From contig MU008159.1 of NCBI GenBank assembly GCA_010909165.1, forward strand, positions 620,001-684,000: a stretch of 64,000 nt of DNA. Reading direction: 5' to 3'. Shown piece after piece: positions 11,709-23,100 of this stretch (position 1 is its first letter; each line of letters starts with the position of its first letter). The notes below the pieces were generated by a model. That model saw only the letters and a program-made list of their open reading frames with translations. It had not been told where the DNA came from and did not search any database. Made by a program: the position numbers and the translations under genes. This DNA comes from Anthoceros angustus. Taxonomy: Eukaryota > Plantae > Anthocerotophyta.

Positions 11709-14700
11709 TGTGGACTACGGACTTCCCTTGGGGGTTAAGAAATAACTAGGGTTTTGTTTTTTTTCGTAGGAGCGGAGGATAAAATAAGGCGGAAAAGGGA
11801 GGAATAACACGGATAGCACTCCGGACTGCACTCCGGAGTATACTCCGGACTGCGGAGTGGGCAATGTACCCCGGACCTACTATGGCAGGCATCGGACTAC
11901 GTCGGGGTAACGGGATAAGTCCGGACCCACTCCAGGTCCAAGCAGGATAAGTCGCCTGTAACTTAGAAGTTGGCCGTGAGGATGACCAGGGCGGCGCCAC
12001 GTGGATGGCCACAGTGGAGATCGGGCATCTGGCAGCTGGGTGGCCAGGCGGCCGTTATAGCGGTATTCACACCCATGAGCGGCGTAAGGCAGTGCAGCGG
12101 CGTAAGGCGAGTAAGCGGAGGCGTAAGGTCGAGAATAAGCCATGCGGACCTCGCGATTCTGGGCGAAGAGGCCTTCCTTACTCCAGAAGGCGGGAAGGTC
12201 ATTTCGGCTGTGACCTCGAGACAATTCTCGATCTCTTGCGCTCGCAACCCGGCTCTGGCGCTATCTCTTTGAGCGCCCAAGCACCTTCGGCGTAGTTCAC
12301 CGCCGGGGTTGGAGGCGAGCGGCGAGGAGGCGCATCGTGCCGGTGAACTCCGGTCGGCGGCTACGGCGAGGAGGCAGGCGATGGCACCCAAAAACTGCGG
12401 AAGTTTGGGAGCCATGGAACCTCGTGGGCGCAACATTGTGACCGGCGCTATCCGGACTTTGGGCCTGGTGGAGGCGGGAGAATTAGTGGAGGAGTGGCAC
12501 TGGATCGTTCGAGGCAGTGCGGGCGTTCGGCACGTCACTACAGTCGGGAGTTCGCCGGAAGATGTTGGCGGCGGTCAACAAGGAGGTGCGGTCCAAGAAC
12601 CTCGGGAGGACCAGGCGATGGACCTTGGAGGTCTGAGGCGGCCTACAACCGCCCAAAGGAGGAAGAAGGGGAGTGGTGCGGGCCCCTCAAGGCGAAGGGA
12701 AGATAGGGCCGGCAACGGCAATCTTTGAGGCTGGGCCTTGAAGGACCACGGATGGTTGATATCCGACTGCTGGGCGGTCGAGTAAGGGCGGTAGCCGGAT
12801 CATTGTCCATTGGAACACTCACCAAGGTGGATCACCTTGGTGATAACTGTTAGTATTCTGCATGCGCTTCTGAGTGGGGAAGAAGGCGGGAGGAAGGATT
12901 ATCTTCGCGGTTTAGTCGAGGCCCGCAAGCTCGGGGCGAAGCCCTCGCCATCAGCATCCCCATACGATCCATGTATGGGGACATTTGAACTCTGAAGGAG
13001 GGAGGCGAGGCGCTCGGGAAAGGGCTGGAGGCCTGGGAAGTGGAGGCGGGCAAGGGCGAGGTGGAGGCCGACCCCGAAGGCCAAGCGGACCGGGAGGAGG
13101 GGCGGCGGGAGGATTCGGACTCCATCGTGCAGGCGGACCCCCTCACCACCAGGGGAAGTATGGGAGAAATCCTTCCCTCCTCACAGTGCCCAGTAGGGCG
13201 AGGCCAGGGCCCAGGCTCAATAGCCCGCCACCGGCCACAACCACGGCGGGCCGGACCGGGGAGGGAACGAAGGCAAGGCAGCGTCTACGTGCACCTCGGT
13301 GGTGCAGTACCCTTGCCCCTTCAAAGCGGAGGCGGTAAGGAGGCGGAAGAGGCCAAGCGGAGGCGGGAGGACAGCGGCGGCCGCCGGGCAGTCTGTCGCC
13401 GAGGAAGGGCAAAAGGGCTTGCTCCGGACCCCCTCACCTCCTCAGGCCCAGGAGAAAAAGGCGGAGGAGCTCGCGGCCAAAGGGCCAAGGAGGTGAAGCT
13501 CGGGAGCTCGGGACCTAAGGGTCTGATTAGGTCCGAGAAGGCAGTCCGGACTTACTCGGGCGGTATGGAGGTCCACAGTGAATGCCGCTCCCACTACGGA
13601 CTTTGTGGGAGCCTCACTGGCGGCCGTGGAAGAAACACGGCGGGTCCAGCTCCGTCATGGACGGTATGCTTTGGGGTCTCATGGATGGCCGAGAAGACCC
13701 GGAGGTAGAAGCCACCGGGCGCATGGTACTCCTCCGGGAGGCGGTTGGAGGGCAGAGGCGAAGGAAGGCCAAGCTCTCGGCGGATTGAGAAGAAGAAGGA
13801 GGTGAGAGGAAGTCTGGTCCATCCGCAAGGACCGGACTAAATTCCTTTGGAGGAGGCGGTGAGCGAGCTAAGGAGGCCCAGCGAGGACCTCTGCGGGCGG
13901 AGGCGGGGAGGCGGGGAGGCGGAAGAGGCCAAGGAGGCGAGGCGGACCCGGCCGGACCCGGCCGACTAGACGAGCCTGGAGGCTCGGTGAAGGTGGCCAG
14001 GAGGCGGAAGCCACTGGCCGCGCGATCACTATCGGCGTGATCGGGCCGGTGGAGGGAGGCGGGTAGCCACGCCAATCAAGGCCGAGCAAAGGCAAGAGAG
14101 CAAGCAGACGAGCCGTGCGAAGCTGAGGCCGGCACGGAAATCGGGACCTCGGTAGCAGTGCAGGAGGTAGAAGGAGGCGGCGGAGGCTGGAGGCAGCAAG
14201 GACACCTTGGAGTTACAACTCAAGGCAGCGTCAGGCGACAAGGGGTTCTCAACGAGAGAATCCAAGACTTGACGGGAGATAGGCGCCTCGGCTCTGCACG
14301 AAGATGGGCGAGGCGGCGGAGCAGCGGACCAGCCCGGCCAGGGGAAGTTCGCGACAAGGAGATGGAGGATCTCGGACTCGGCTCCGTGAGGTGGAGCAGC
14401 GGCGGAGATGGAAGACCGCAAGGAGACCTTGGAGCTGCAGCTTCAAACTACCATTGAGAGGAATGGTAGTCTGCGGGACATGGTCGCGGGCAGCGAGGCG
14501 GCTCCGGCTACATTGGCGGACGATGATGGCGATGGAGCAGGAGGCGGGGCGTCGCCGAGATGGAGAAGGGCTGGCGAAGCCGGCATGATCAGCGAGTTGC
14601 GGCCAAATGCGGAGAGGAGATGGCGGAGTTAACGGCCGAGAATGGGCGAGGCGAAACCTTGGAGCGGAACAAGAAACTGGTCGATTGAGGAAGGCGGAAG

Positions 14701-16299
14701 GAGCAGCTGCGTTATGGTAAGGCGCGTGAGGCAGGCGAAGGAGTTGGGCGGTGGAGCAGCGGCGGTTGCGAGGTGGCCAGGCGGCCTGCGACCTCGCGTG
14801 AAGCAACTCGGCTCCGGCTATCAAACTGGCGGGGAGGTGGTCCAACAAGCGGCACGCTCGGCTCCGGAGCACCTATGGCGAAGGGAGTATCGGGTGCTCG
14901 GGCACCGTGGAAGAGCAATTCAACAAGTGGATTCGGACTTTGCCTATTACCACGAGCTCGAAGCGGTGGCCTCCCAGCTGCAAAATAGGCGGACCACGGA
15001 AGGCTCGGAGGAAGAAGGGCATGGGGCGGCCAGGGGACTCTAGTGGCCTGTTTGGAGGCAGCGGCGGGGAGAAGAGCCTCAAGAGGAGCGAGACGCAACG
15101 GACCCTGTGGTAAGTTCACCGCAACCCGCCTGTGAGAAGGGGGTGCCGAGCCCCTCAAGGCGAAGGAGGAGCCAACCCGACCCAAGACAGTCGGGGGTAG
15201 GGATGAGGACCTAGCGATCACGAGGTCCACAGGTAAGGGGTCCGGAGCTTGGGGACCGGACCCCGGTAATAAGTTCGGACCCTGAGGTCCGAACCCCAGA
15301 GACGAGGCCGGACCCAGCCGACCGGACTCAGGAAATAAGCGGACTCACAGGTTCGAGACTCGGTCGAGGCCGGACCTCGAGGTCGGGACTCGGCGATGAG
15401 GAGGAGCCCCGCCGACTTACGCTAGGGGAGCAGATAGCCTGGCCCCACCGGAGGGGACCACGGGAGGCTGTGGGAGGATGGCGTTGTGGTAATGGCGGTC
15501 GTCGGGCCGCCGTGTAACTGACGGGATTCGGGAGAGGAGGGTCCGCCTCGCGGATCATCCGATTGGGTCGCGATCGGGGACGGAGATTGGACCACCAATC
15601 CCAAAGGCGGAACCGGGACCTTCATTACCCCAGCGAAGGAGATAGGGGAGGAATAGGATGGTAGGCGGCCGATTAGGGTATCTTGAGGCCCATCATTTCG
15701 AATAGAGTGTAATAAAGGCCGACTTGGGCGTAGTATAAGAGTGTGCCCAATAAATCATCTTTCTCTTGGTGTTGATCGCGTTCTTGCGAGACCTTGTGTG
15801 TCTTCTTGCTAACGTGAGTCTGAGTCACGGCACGGCGGCTCGGAGAGATTGATCGTGGTCCCGTGACGGACCTAACGTGTTGTGGTGTGTGCGGGGAGGT
15901 GGTGGGACCCGTGCTCGTCGAGCAGCGGCCCGGCCCCGGAAACGGACGGGCGGCCGGAGGACTCGGGAGGCGTCTGAGCCGGACGGAGAGGCGGTGGAGC
16001 AGCGGTCGGGCTGTACCGCGTCTTTCCCTAAGGCGATAAGTGTAGCGTGAGTGGAGAGGAACAGACGGAGGTGTGGTGACGAGCGTGGCAACGACTGGGG
16101 CCTTGACAGGTCATGAGCGCTTGGCCATCTCGACTGTGCGGTGATTGTTGCAGTAGTTAGGCGTGGGCGATGAATGAGTGCGTTGGACTAAAGTAAGACG
16201 AGAATCGCTGAAAGCGTTGCAAGCAGCGACATTCCCACCGGACTCCTTCCTACAACGACACGGGATTGTGCGCGCCCGGTGGGTGAAAGTCGCGCCACA
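11709..16299 (+). mobile_element. 4.6-kb TGTGG...CCACA element with 5-bp TSD (solo-LTR-like)
   Basis: ACGAC at 11704-11708 and 16300-16304 flanks TGTGG...CCACA. Removing the insert restores the CRE frame (DGLHDLQSSLQEK...SSIPRPARARLR). No internal direct repeat of either end was seen. Confidence 0.9.
12381..15690 (+). pseudogene. Decayed long E/R/G/A-rich ORF, probably coiled-coil, inside the LTR-like element
   Basis: Starts ATG GCA CCC AAA (MAPK). Overlapping frame fragments include the repeated motif K(D/E)TLELQL. AATAAA follows at about 15712 and 15748. No RT/IN motifs seen; boundaries approximate. Confidence 0.5.
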
Positions 16300-17130
16300 A
16301 CGACCTTCAAAGCTCTCTCCAGGAGAAGTAGTTCGAGTAGACACAGAGTGCCCTTCTCCTGAATTCTTCCATTCCCCGGCCTGCTCGAGCTCGTCTCCGC
16401 CCTTGTTCGGGGAAGGGAGCACGCTCTTGCCTTCTGGCTTGATCTTGCATCCAGGCTTTCCGAATCGCACCCGCTTCTTTCTCTACCGTGATGAGGTTCC
16501 GCTTGGGGTTGGTCCAACCTCTAGCCCGTTTCCTCTTAACATGCAACTGCGGGGGCCCATTCGACGACTGGTCCCACTTGGCTCGTTGTCCCACTGGAGG
16601 ACACCGTATTGCCGCGCATCATGTCATTCGTGACATCATGTTCTCGTTGGCCAAGGAGGCGGTTTTTCCCTGAGAGCCACACTCTATGCAATGACGTGTC
16701 ACTCAAGGTGGATCTATTTCGATCCGGGATTAAATCTTCGTTGCATAAGTAATTGTAACAAACCCTACCTAAGACACCATTTGTGAGCATGTCATCATCA
16801 ACCCTTTGGGTTGGGCGTGGAGGATCCGCAAGCAAAGTACACCAATACACACCTATGTGGGAAGGCCATGCCTTCATCCCCCATTGAGACTCATGGGGGC
16901 ATGGGCAAGGATTTCTCAAGGCTCATAGAGGATTGTGCTAAAGCCAACTATGGTCACAAGAATGGGGTAGGTCTCCCCCTTTCCTCTGTGGTGGCTTTCT
17001 TTCGGTGGGTATCCATCTGCAGGGCGCCGAGTAACGCTTCGGAATGGCCAGGAGACGCTTCATTGCCAACAATCGTAGGTAGGCCTTTTCTAATATCGCG
17101 ACATTCTTGGAACATTAGGTTGCTGGGTTT
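16300..17130 (+). mobile_element. CRE-like element, continuation: CCHC knuckle + restriction-like endonuclease tail
   Basis: Motifs CNCGGPFDDSGSHLARCPTGGHRIAAHHVIRD; KVDLFLIRGD; AIETHGGMGKDF; RQRVSIALQRA. The cleaner duplicate lies at 18424-19310. Confidence 0.9.
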
Positions 17131-17975
17131 GACATTCGTGGGGGCTAGCGGCCCTTGGCCTCGCCATTCATGGGGCTAACCCAGCCTATTGCCATCTTAT
17201 GGGTTGTTCCCCATCGGCTTGGGGTAGATGGGTCTTCCCATCTCTTCTTCTTCTTTATGAAGTCTCCGTGTTCCTTTGTTCCCCATAGGCTTGGGGTAGA
17301 TGGGTCTTCGATCTCTTCTTCTTTATGAAGTCTTGAGTTCGTTGTTCCCCATCGGCTTGGGGTAGATGGGTCTTCCCATTTCTTCTTTATGAAGTCTCCA
17401 TGTTCCCTCTCGTCTGTAAGTTGCACTATGATGCACCCAATCTACTTGTTGAATCACGATGGACATAATTTAATATTATTGTACTATCATGGATCCTATA
17501 TAAGTAGATATTCAGTGGTATGATTGATAATAGCCTCGCTAGTCGCTAGGCATAGTCCATAATAGATTCCCCATAAGAGCTTTATTTTATATAAGTATAG
17601 GTATTAAAGCTCTCAGACTTTCTCTTAATATGTATGGTCCATAATAGATTCCCAAGATAAAGCTCGTGGAGAAGCTGTTAGTCATTATCCCTAAATTTGC
17701 ACTACCTAGATTGTTTGGAGTGCAGCCACAAAAACAAGTTTACGGAAAGCAACAGTTTCACACCCATGTACACACATACTTGCAGAGGTGCTGTGGGGAT
17801 ACACTTGAGCTTCTGTTCAACACAGCTCCCGTTTTTGATGGGGTCCTCATTGTGAGTGGGACAGGTGCATGTGAGCTTGCGGGAACCAAAGCTCCGGTAC
17901 GATAGATGGACGATCCACGCACTCACAGCGTCTAGAGAAGTCGGGCCTGTCGAATTGCAGCTGGCACCGATAGCA

Positions 17976-18253
17976 ATGGCTTTCAGGCTGGGTGCTTTGA
18001 ACCTGAATGCTGTGGCTCTGGTGAGTTTGTGCTTGCTCTGTGGTGACGCGGTGCATGCGATTAGCTCTGGGTCGGAGGGTGGGGCTTGCGACCAGGATTT
18101 GGTTCTGGAAGGATTTCTCGTCTTGATTCCCCGACTGCATGAGGCAGGGAGTTGGAGGGCTAGTATTTGGCAATGGCGATCGCAATGTGGAGGAAGATGA
18201 CGGGTATGCCCCTGAGTGGCGTGGTGTAATTGACTTTATTTTGCCTGTGCTTG
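17976..18253 (+). pseudogene. Duplicated 5' fragment of GC6 (exons 1-2 only)
   Basis: Same MAFRLGALNLNAVAL / GVGGLVFGNGDRNVEEDD exons as 20159-20386, then jumps back into LTR/CRE sequence. Confidence 0.85.
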
Positions 18254-19392
18254 GTTGCAGTAGTTAGACGTGAACTGATGAATGAGTGCGTTGGACTAAA
18301 GTAAGACGAGAATCGCCTGAAACGTTGCAAACGGAGCCTGACATTCCCTTGGGAACGGACTCCTTCCTACAACGACACGGGATTGTGCGCGCCCGGCTGG
18401 CCGTCAGCGAAAGTCGCGCCACAACGACCTTCAAAGCTCTCTCCAGGAGAAGTAGTTCGAGTAGACACAGAGTGCCCTTCTCCTGAATTCTTCCATTCCC
18501 CGGCCTGCTCGAGCTCGTCTCCGCTCTTGTTCGGGGAAGGGAGCACGCTCTTGCCTTCTGGCTTGATCTTGCATCCAGGCTTTCTGAATCGCACCCGCTT
18601 CTTTCTCTACCGTGATGAGGTTCCGCTTGGGGTTGGTCCAACCTCTAGCCCGTTTCCTCTTAACATGCAACTGTGGGGGCCCATTCGACGACTCTGGGTC
18701 CCACTTGGCTCGTTGTCCCACTGGAGGACACCGTATTGCTGCGCATCATGTCATTCGTGACATCATGTTCTCGTTGGCCAAGGAGGGCAGATTTTTTCCC
18801 TGCGGGGAGAGCCCATACACTCTATGCAATGACGTGTCACTCAAGGTGGATCTATTTCTGATCCGGGGGGATTAAATCTTCGTTGCATAAGTAATTGTAA
18901 CAAACCCTACCTAAGACACCATTTGTGAGCATGTCATCATCAACCCTTTGGGTTGGGCAGTGGAGGGATCCGCAACAAGCAAAGTACACCAATACACACC
19001 TATGTGGGAAGGCCATGCCTTCATCCCCCTGCCATTGAGACTCATGGGGGCATGGGCAAGGATTTCTCAAGGCTCATAGAGGATTGTGCTAAAGCCAACT
19101 ATGGTCACAAGAATGGGGTAGGTCTCCCCCTTTCCTCTGTGGTGGCTTTCTTTCGACAGCGGGTATCCATCGCCCTGCAGAGGGCGTCGGCCAACGCTAT
19201 ACGCAGAATGGCAACGAGCGCAGGAGACGCGGCTTCATTGCCAACAATCGTAGGTAGGCCTTTTCTAATATCAGACCACGACATTCTTGGAACATTAGGT
19301 TGCTACAGGTTTGACATTCGTGGGGGCTAGCGGCCCTTGGCCTACGCCATTCATGGGGGCTAACGACCCTTGGCCTATTGCCATCTTATGGG

Positions 19393-19590
19393 TTGTTCCC
19401 CATCGGCTTGGGGTAGATGGGTCTTCCCATCTCTTCTTCTTTATGAAGTCTCCAGGTTCCTTTGTTCCCCATAGGCTTGGGGTAGATGGGTCTTCGCATC
19501 TCTTCTTCTTTATGAAGTCTTCAGGTTCCGTTGTTCCCCATCGGCTTGGGGTAGATGGGTCTTCCCATTTCTTCTTCTTTATGAAGTCTC
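19393..19590. repeat. 69-bp tandem repeat x3 just 3' of the CRE tail (second copy at about 17203-17400)
   Basis: Units start TTGTTCCCCAT(C/A)GGCTTGGGGTAGATGGGTCTTC at 19393, 19462 and 19531. Confidence 0.9.
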
Positions 19591-20158
19591 CATGTTCCCT
19601 CTCGTCTGTAAGTTGCACTATGATGCACCCAATCTACTTGTTGAATCACGATGGACATAATTTAATATTATTGTACTATCATGGATCCTATATAAGTAGA
19701 TATTGGTATGATTGATAATAGCCTCGCTAGTCGCTAGGCATAGTCCATAATAGATTCCCCATAAGAGCTTTATTTTATATAAGTATAGGTATTAAAGCTC
19801 TCAGACTTTCTCTTAATATGTATGGTCCATAATAGATTCCCAAGATAAAGCTCGTGGAGAAGCTGTTAGTCATTATCCCTAAATTTGCACTACCTAGATT
19901 GTTTGGAGTGCAGCCACAAAAACAAGTTTACGGAAAGCAACAGTTTCACACCCATGTACACACATACTTGCAGAGGTGCTGTGGGGATACACTTGAGCTT
20001 CTGTTCAACACAGCTCCGTTTTTGATGGGGTCCTCATTGTGAGTGGGACAGGTGCATGAGCCAGGGAACCAAAGCTCCGGTACGATAGATGGACGATCCA
20101 CGCACTCACAGCGTCTAGAGAAGTCGGGCCTGTCGAATTGCAGCTGGCACCGATAGCA

Positions 20159-23100
20159 ATGGCTTTCAGGCTGGGTGCTTTGAACCTGAATGCTGTGGCT
20201 CTGGTGAGTTTGTGCTTGCTCTGTGGTGACGCGGTGCATGCGATTAGCTCTGGGTCGGAGGGTGGGGCTTGCGACCAGGATTTGGTTCTGGAAGGATTTC
20301 TCGTCTTGATTCCCCGACTGCATGAGGCAGGGAGTTGGAGGGCTAGTATTTGGCAATGGCGATCGCAATGTGGAGGAAGATGACGGGTATGCCCCTGAGT
20401 GGCGTGGTGTAATTGACTTTATTTTGCCTGTGCTTGGTTGCAGTATTGTCTGTTCTGAAGTTTTGGGGAAATTGTGTGATGAATGGAGAACCCTACGGGT
20501 TTATCGTGCTGAAACCTCGTATGGATCTGAATTTTGTCTGATCCGTGGTTTAGTGGAGTGGAGCAATACCTTGAGAGGATCAGCAACGGTGTTCTCGCTG
20601 ATGATCGGCGGTCAGCAATGGCAGAACTTCAAAATTCTGTGGCTGAGAGTCAAGCCGCACAGCTTGCATTTGGAACAATGGGTACCGTTGAACTCCTTTC
20701 CTGCAGAGCGATTTGAAGTGACGAGTAACTACTGGTTCTTGTTCTGTGCACATGGGATACCTATTCATAATGCACAACTGGCCTCTGCAGGATTTCCAAT
20801 CCTCATGTCAGTGCTGCGGGAAGAACGGGAGGACCTGGACATGGTTGGTATCCATTATGATGGGCTGTATGTTTGAGGGAGCCTGTATCGGTTTCCCTTG
20901 GTTCCCGCAGGGCATGCTATATCTCGGATGAAAGTAAACTATCTCAGCATCTGCCAAGCATGAACCATTCTTCATGTTTGGGTCGGAGTGGTGTCATGTT
21001 TGAGGGTTATGAGCGGGCAATATGTTCAGTTCTGATTTTTGAGTATCACATGATTAGTGATCGGAGATATCTGCAATTGCCGTCTACCTCAGCTAGTTCT
21101 GAAATTTAAGTGTACTTAATATCTTTGGGTTGAACTTACTCTTTAAGATTTTAAGAATGCCCCTATGTCGCACTTTGCATTTTGTCCATGCATGTCTGTT
21201 GACGTGTGCATGGAACTTGCCGTGTGTAGGTTAGGGGTGCGTTGGAGACGCTGATAAATGCATTGAGCACGGCACCCAACTATTATGAGGAAAACAATGA
21301 TGTTCAGCCTGGCCTGGTGAACTCAGAGTTATTTTCAAGAGAGCCAGGGAGTGTGCCACTGATTCTGAGTCTGCTGGTACCATTCTTGTACTGTCTCCTT
21401 GGGTATCTGAAATTATTGCAAGGCAGTGTCAATTTCCCCAAAGAATTTAGTCGTTGAGAGACTTTGCTCTTGAATTCTGTAGGATGAAGAGGACTTTTAT
21501 GTGCGGTTCCACACACTGCAACTTCTGACCGCTCTTTTGACGAACTGCCCAGACAGGTGGTTTATTTATGTATGATCATTGTAACCTGAGGCTACTTAAA
21601 GGTCTTGAAGCTGCTTCTGAACTCATGGCTTGTGATGGTGCTGCTGACAAAGGTTGCAGGAGGTCATCTTGGCCACCCCACATGGTATAACGCGTCTCAT
21701 GAATATGCTTCTTGATCTGGAGGTGAGACCTTCTAAGAAGTGAGCAGTTGTTTTCTTGGGTTTAATATGAATTCAGCTTCAGTGAGTTGATGAATCAACT
21801 CCTTACTGTGTGCATGTCTGTGAGCAGATTATACGGAATGAAGCATTGCTGCTTCTAACATACCTCACAAGGGAAGCTGAGGTGACTGCCCAGTTCTGTT
21901 GCGCTTAGAGGGCTTATGTCTTCTTATCTGTCTACGTAATATGTGTTGCCAATATCCTGTATCTGAACCTCAAGTCTTCTGCCCACAGGAAATCCAGAAG
22001 ATTGTGGTTTTTGAGGGTGCATTTGAGCGCATCTTCAACATTGTCAGAGAAGAGGGTGCAGCAGAAGGGGGGATTATTGTGCAGGTATTGTGACAGATTG
22101 GGGGGTGAGTACCAAGTTGCTAGGTCATATATATATTCAAGTGACTGTGAGGGACTAATTGTAAGTGGCTTTTATATGTTTCTTTTAGGACTGTCTGGAG
22201 CTTTTGAATAATCTGTTGCGTAACAATCCCTCCAATCAGGTAGGCAAGGTCTTCAGCATATCAAATCCTGATTTACCTCCCCTATTCATCCTGTTTGTTT
22301 GGTGGTCGGTTGAAATCTGATCATCTACTGTGTTCGCTCTTGGACCTCGTGGTTATGCAGATCTTTTTGCGGGAGACACTGGGTTTGCAACGGGTTGTGT
22401 CTCTCTTGAAAGTAAGGAAGGGTGGTGCAGATGGACTGACGGAGCAAAAGGTACATTTGAAGAGTGGAAAGTTTTGAAGACTTTGTTTGCCTTGAATTTC
22501 ACCTGTTGTCCCTTGGCCCTCTGTACATTGATGACTTTTGACCAAACACAGTCAACTGAGTTATGACATAACCTGTTCGTGATTTTTCTGAGCATATCAC
22601 ACTGTTTGGTTGATAGGCAGTGAATGTGCTATGTGGATTGGAGACAGTCACTCTCTTGCTGGCTGGAGGTCCAAATGCTGAGCCAGGAAAAGATGCCAAC
22701 GTAGTTGCAAACCAGACCGTCTTGGCTCAGGTATTCCTCCATATTTCATGGGTTTGCGGTGTCACATATCCTACACCGTACTAGCTCTTATGAACCAAAC
22801 TGTGTGTAAAAGTTATGTTACTGTTCCCCTCCTGAAGTCATGTGTTGTGCTCTCCTATTTTACTGTATTCCTTAGGATTGTAAGAACACATGCAGCTTTG
22901 TTTTTCTTGTTGGACAGAACCAGCTGCTGGACATTTTGTTGGCACTCTGTGCGGATGGGAAGGTGTCAGCTGTAGCTATCTGCTCATCGGTAGGTTTTCT
23001 ACCCTCTCAATTGTGATACAGTTATATCGGATAAGAGCTGCTGGGAGTGGACCAGATGTTTCTGCAATGCACTCTTTATTTGATCAGCCTAATGTGTGCC

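Larger units (their letters stand above)
16147..20436. repeat. Tandem duplication of about 2.1 kb (16147-18253 / 18254-20436)
   Basis: Both units carry the LTR end, CRE tail, 69-bp repeats, GC6 promoter and GC6 exons 1-2. The junction has a 9-bp microhomology, GTTGCAGTA (16147, 18254, 20437). Copies differ by scattered small indels. Confidence 0.95.

Noticed and set aside
18270-18345. Hammerhead-like words CTGATGA ... GAAA near the LTR-like end
   Set aside because: No stem II pairing, no U-H cleavage triplet after the CGTT/AACG stem, and the duplicate at 16170 lacks CTGATGA.
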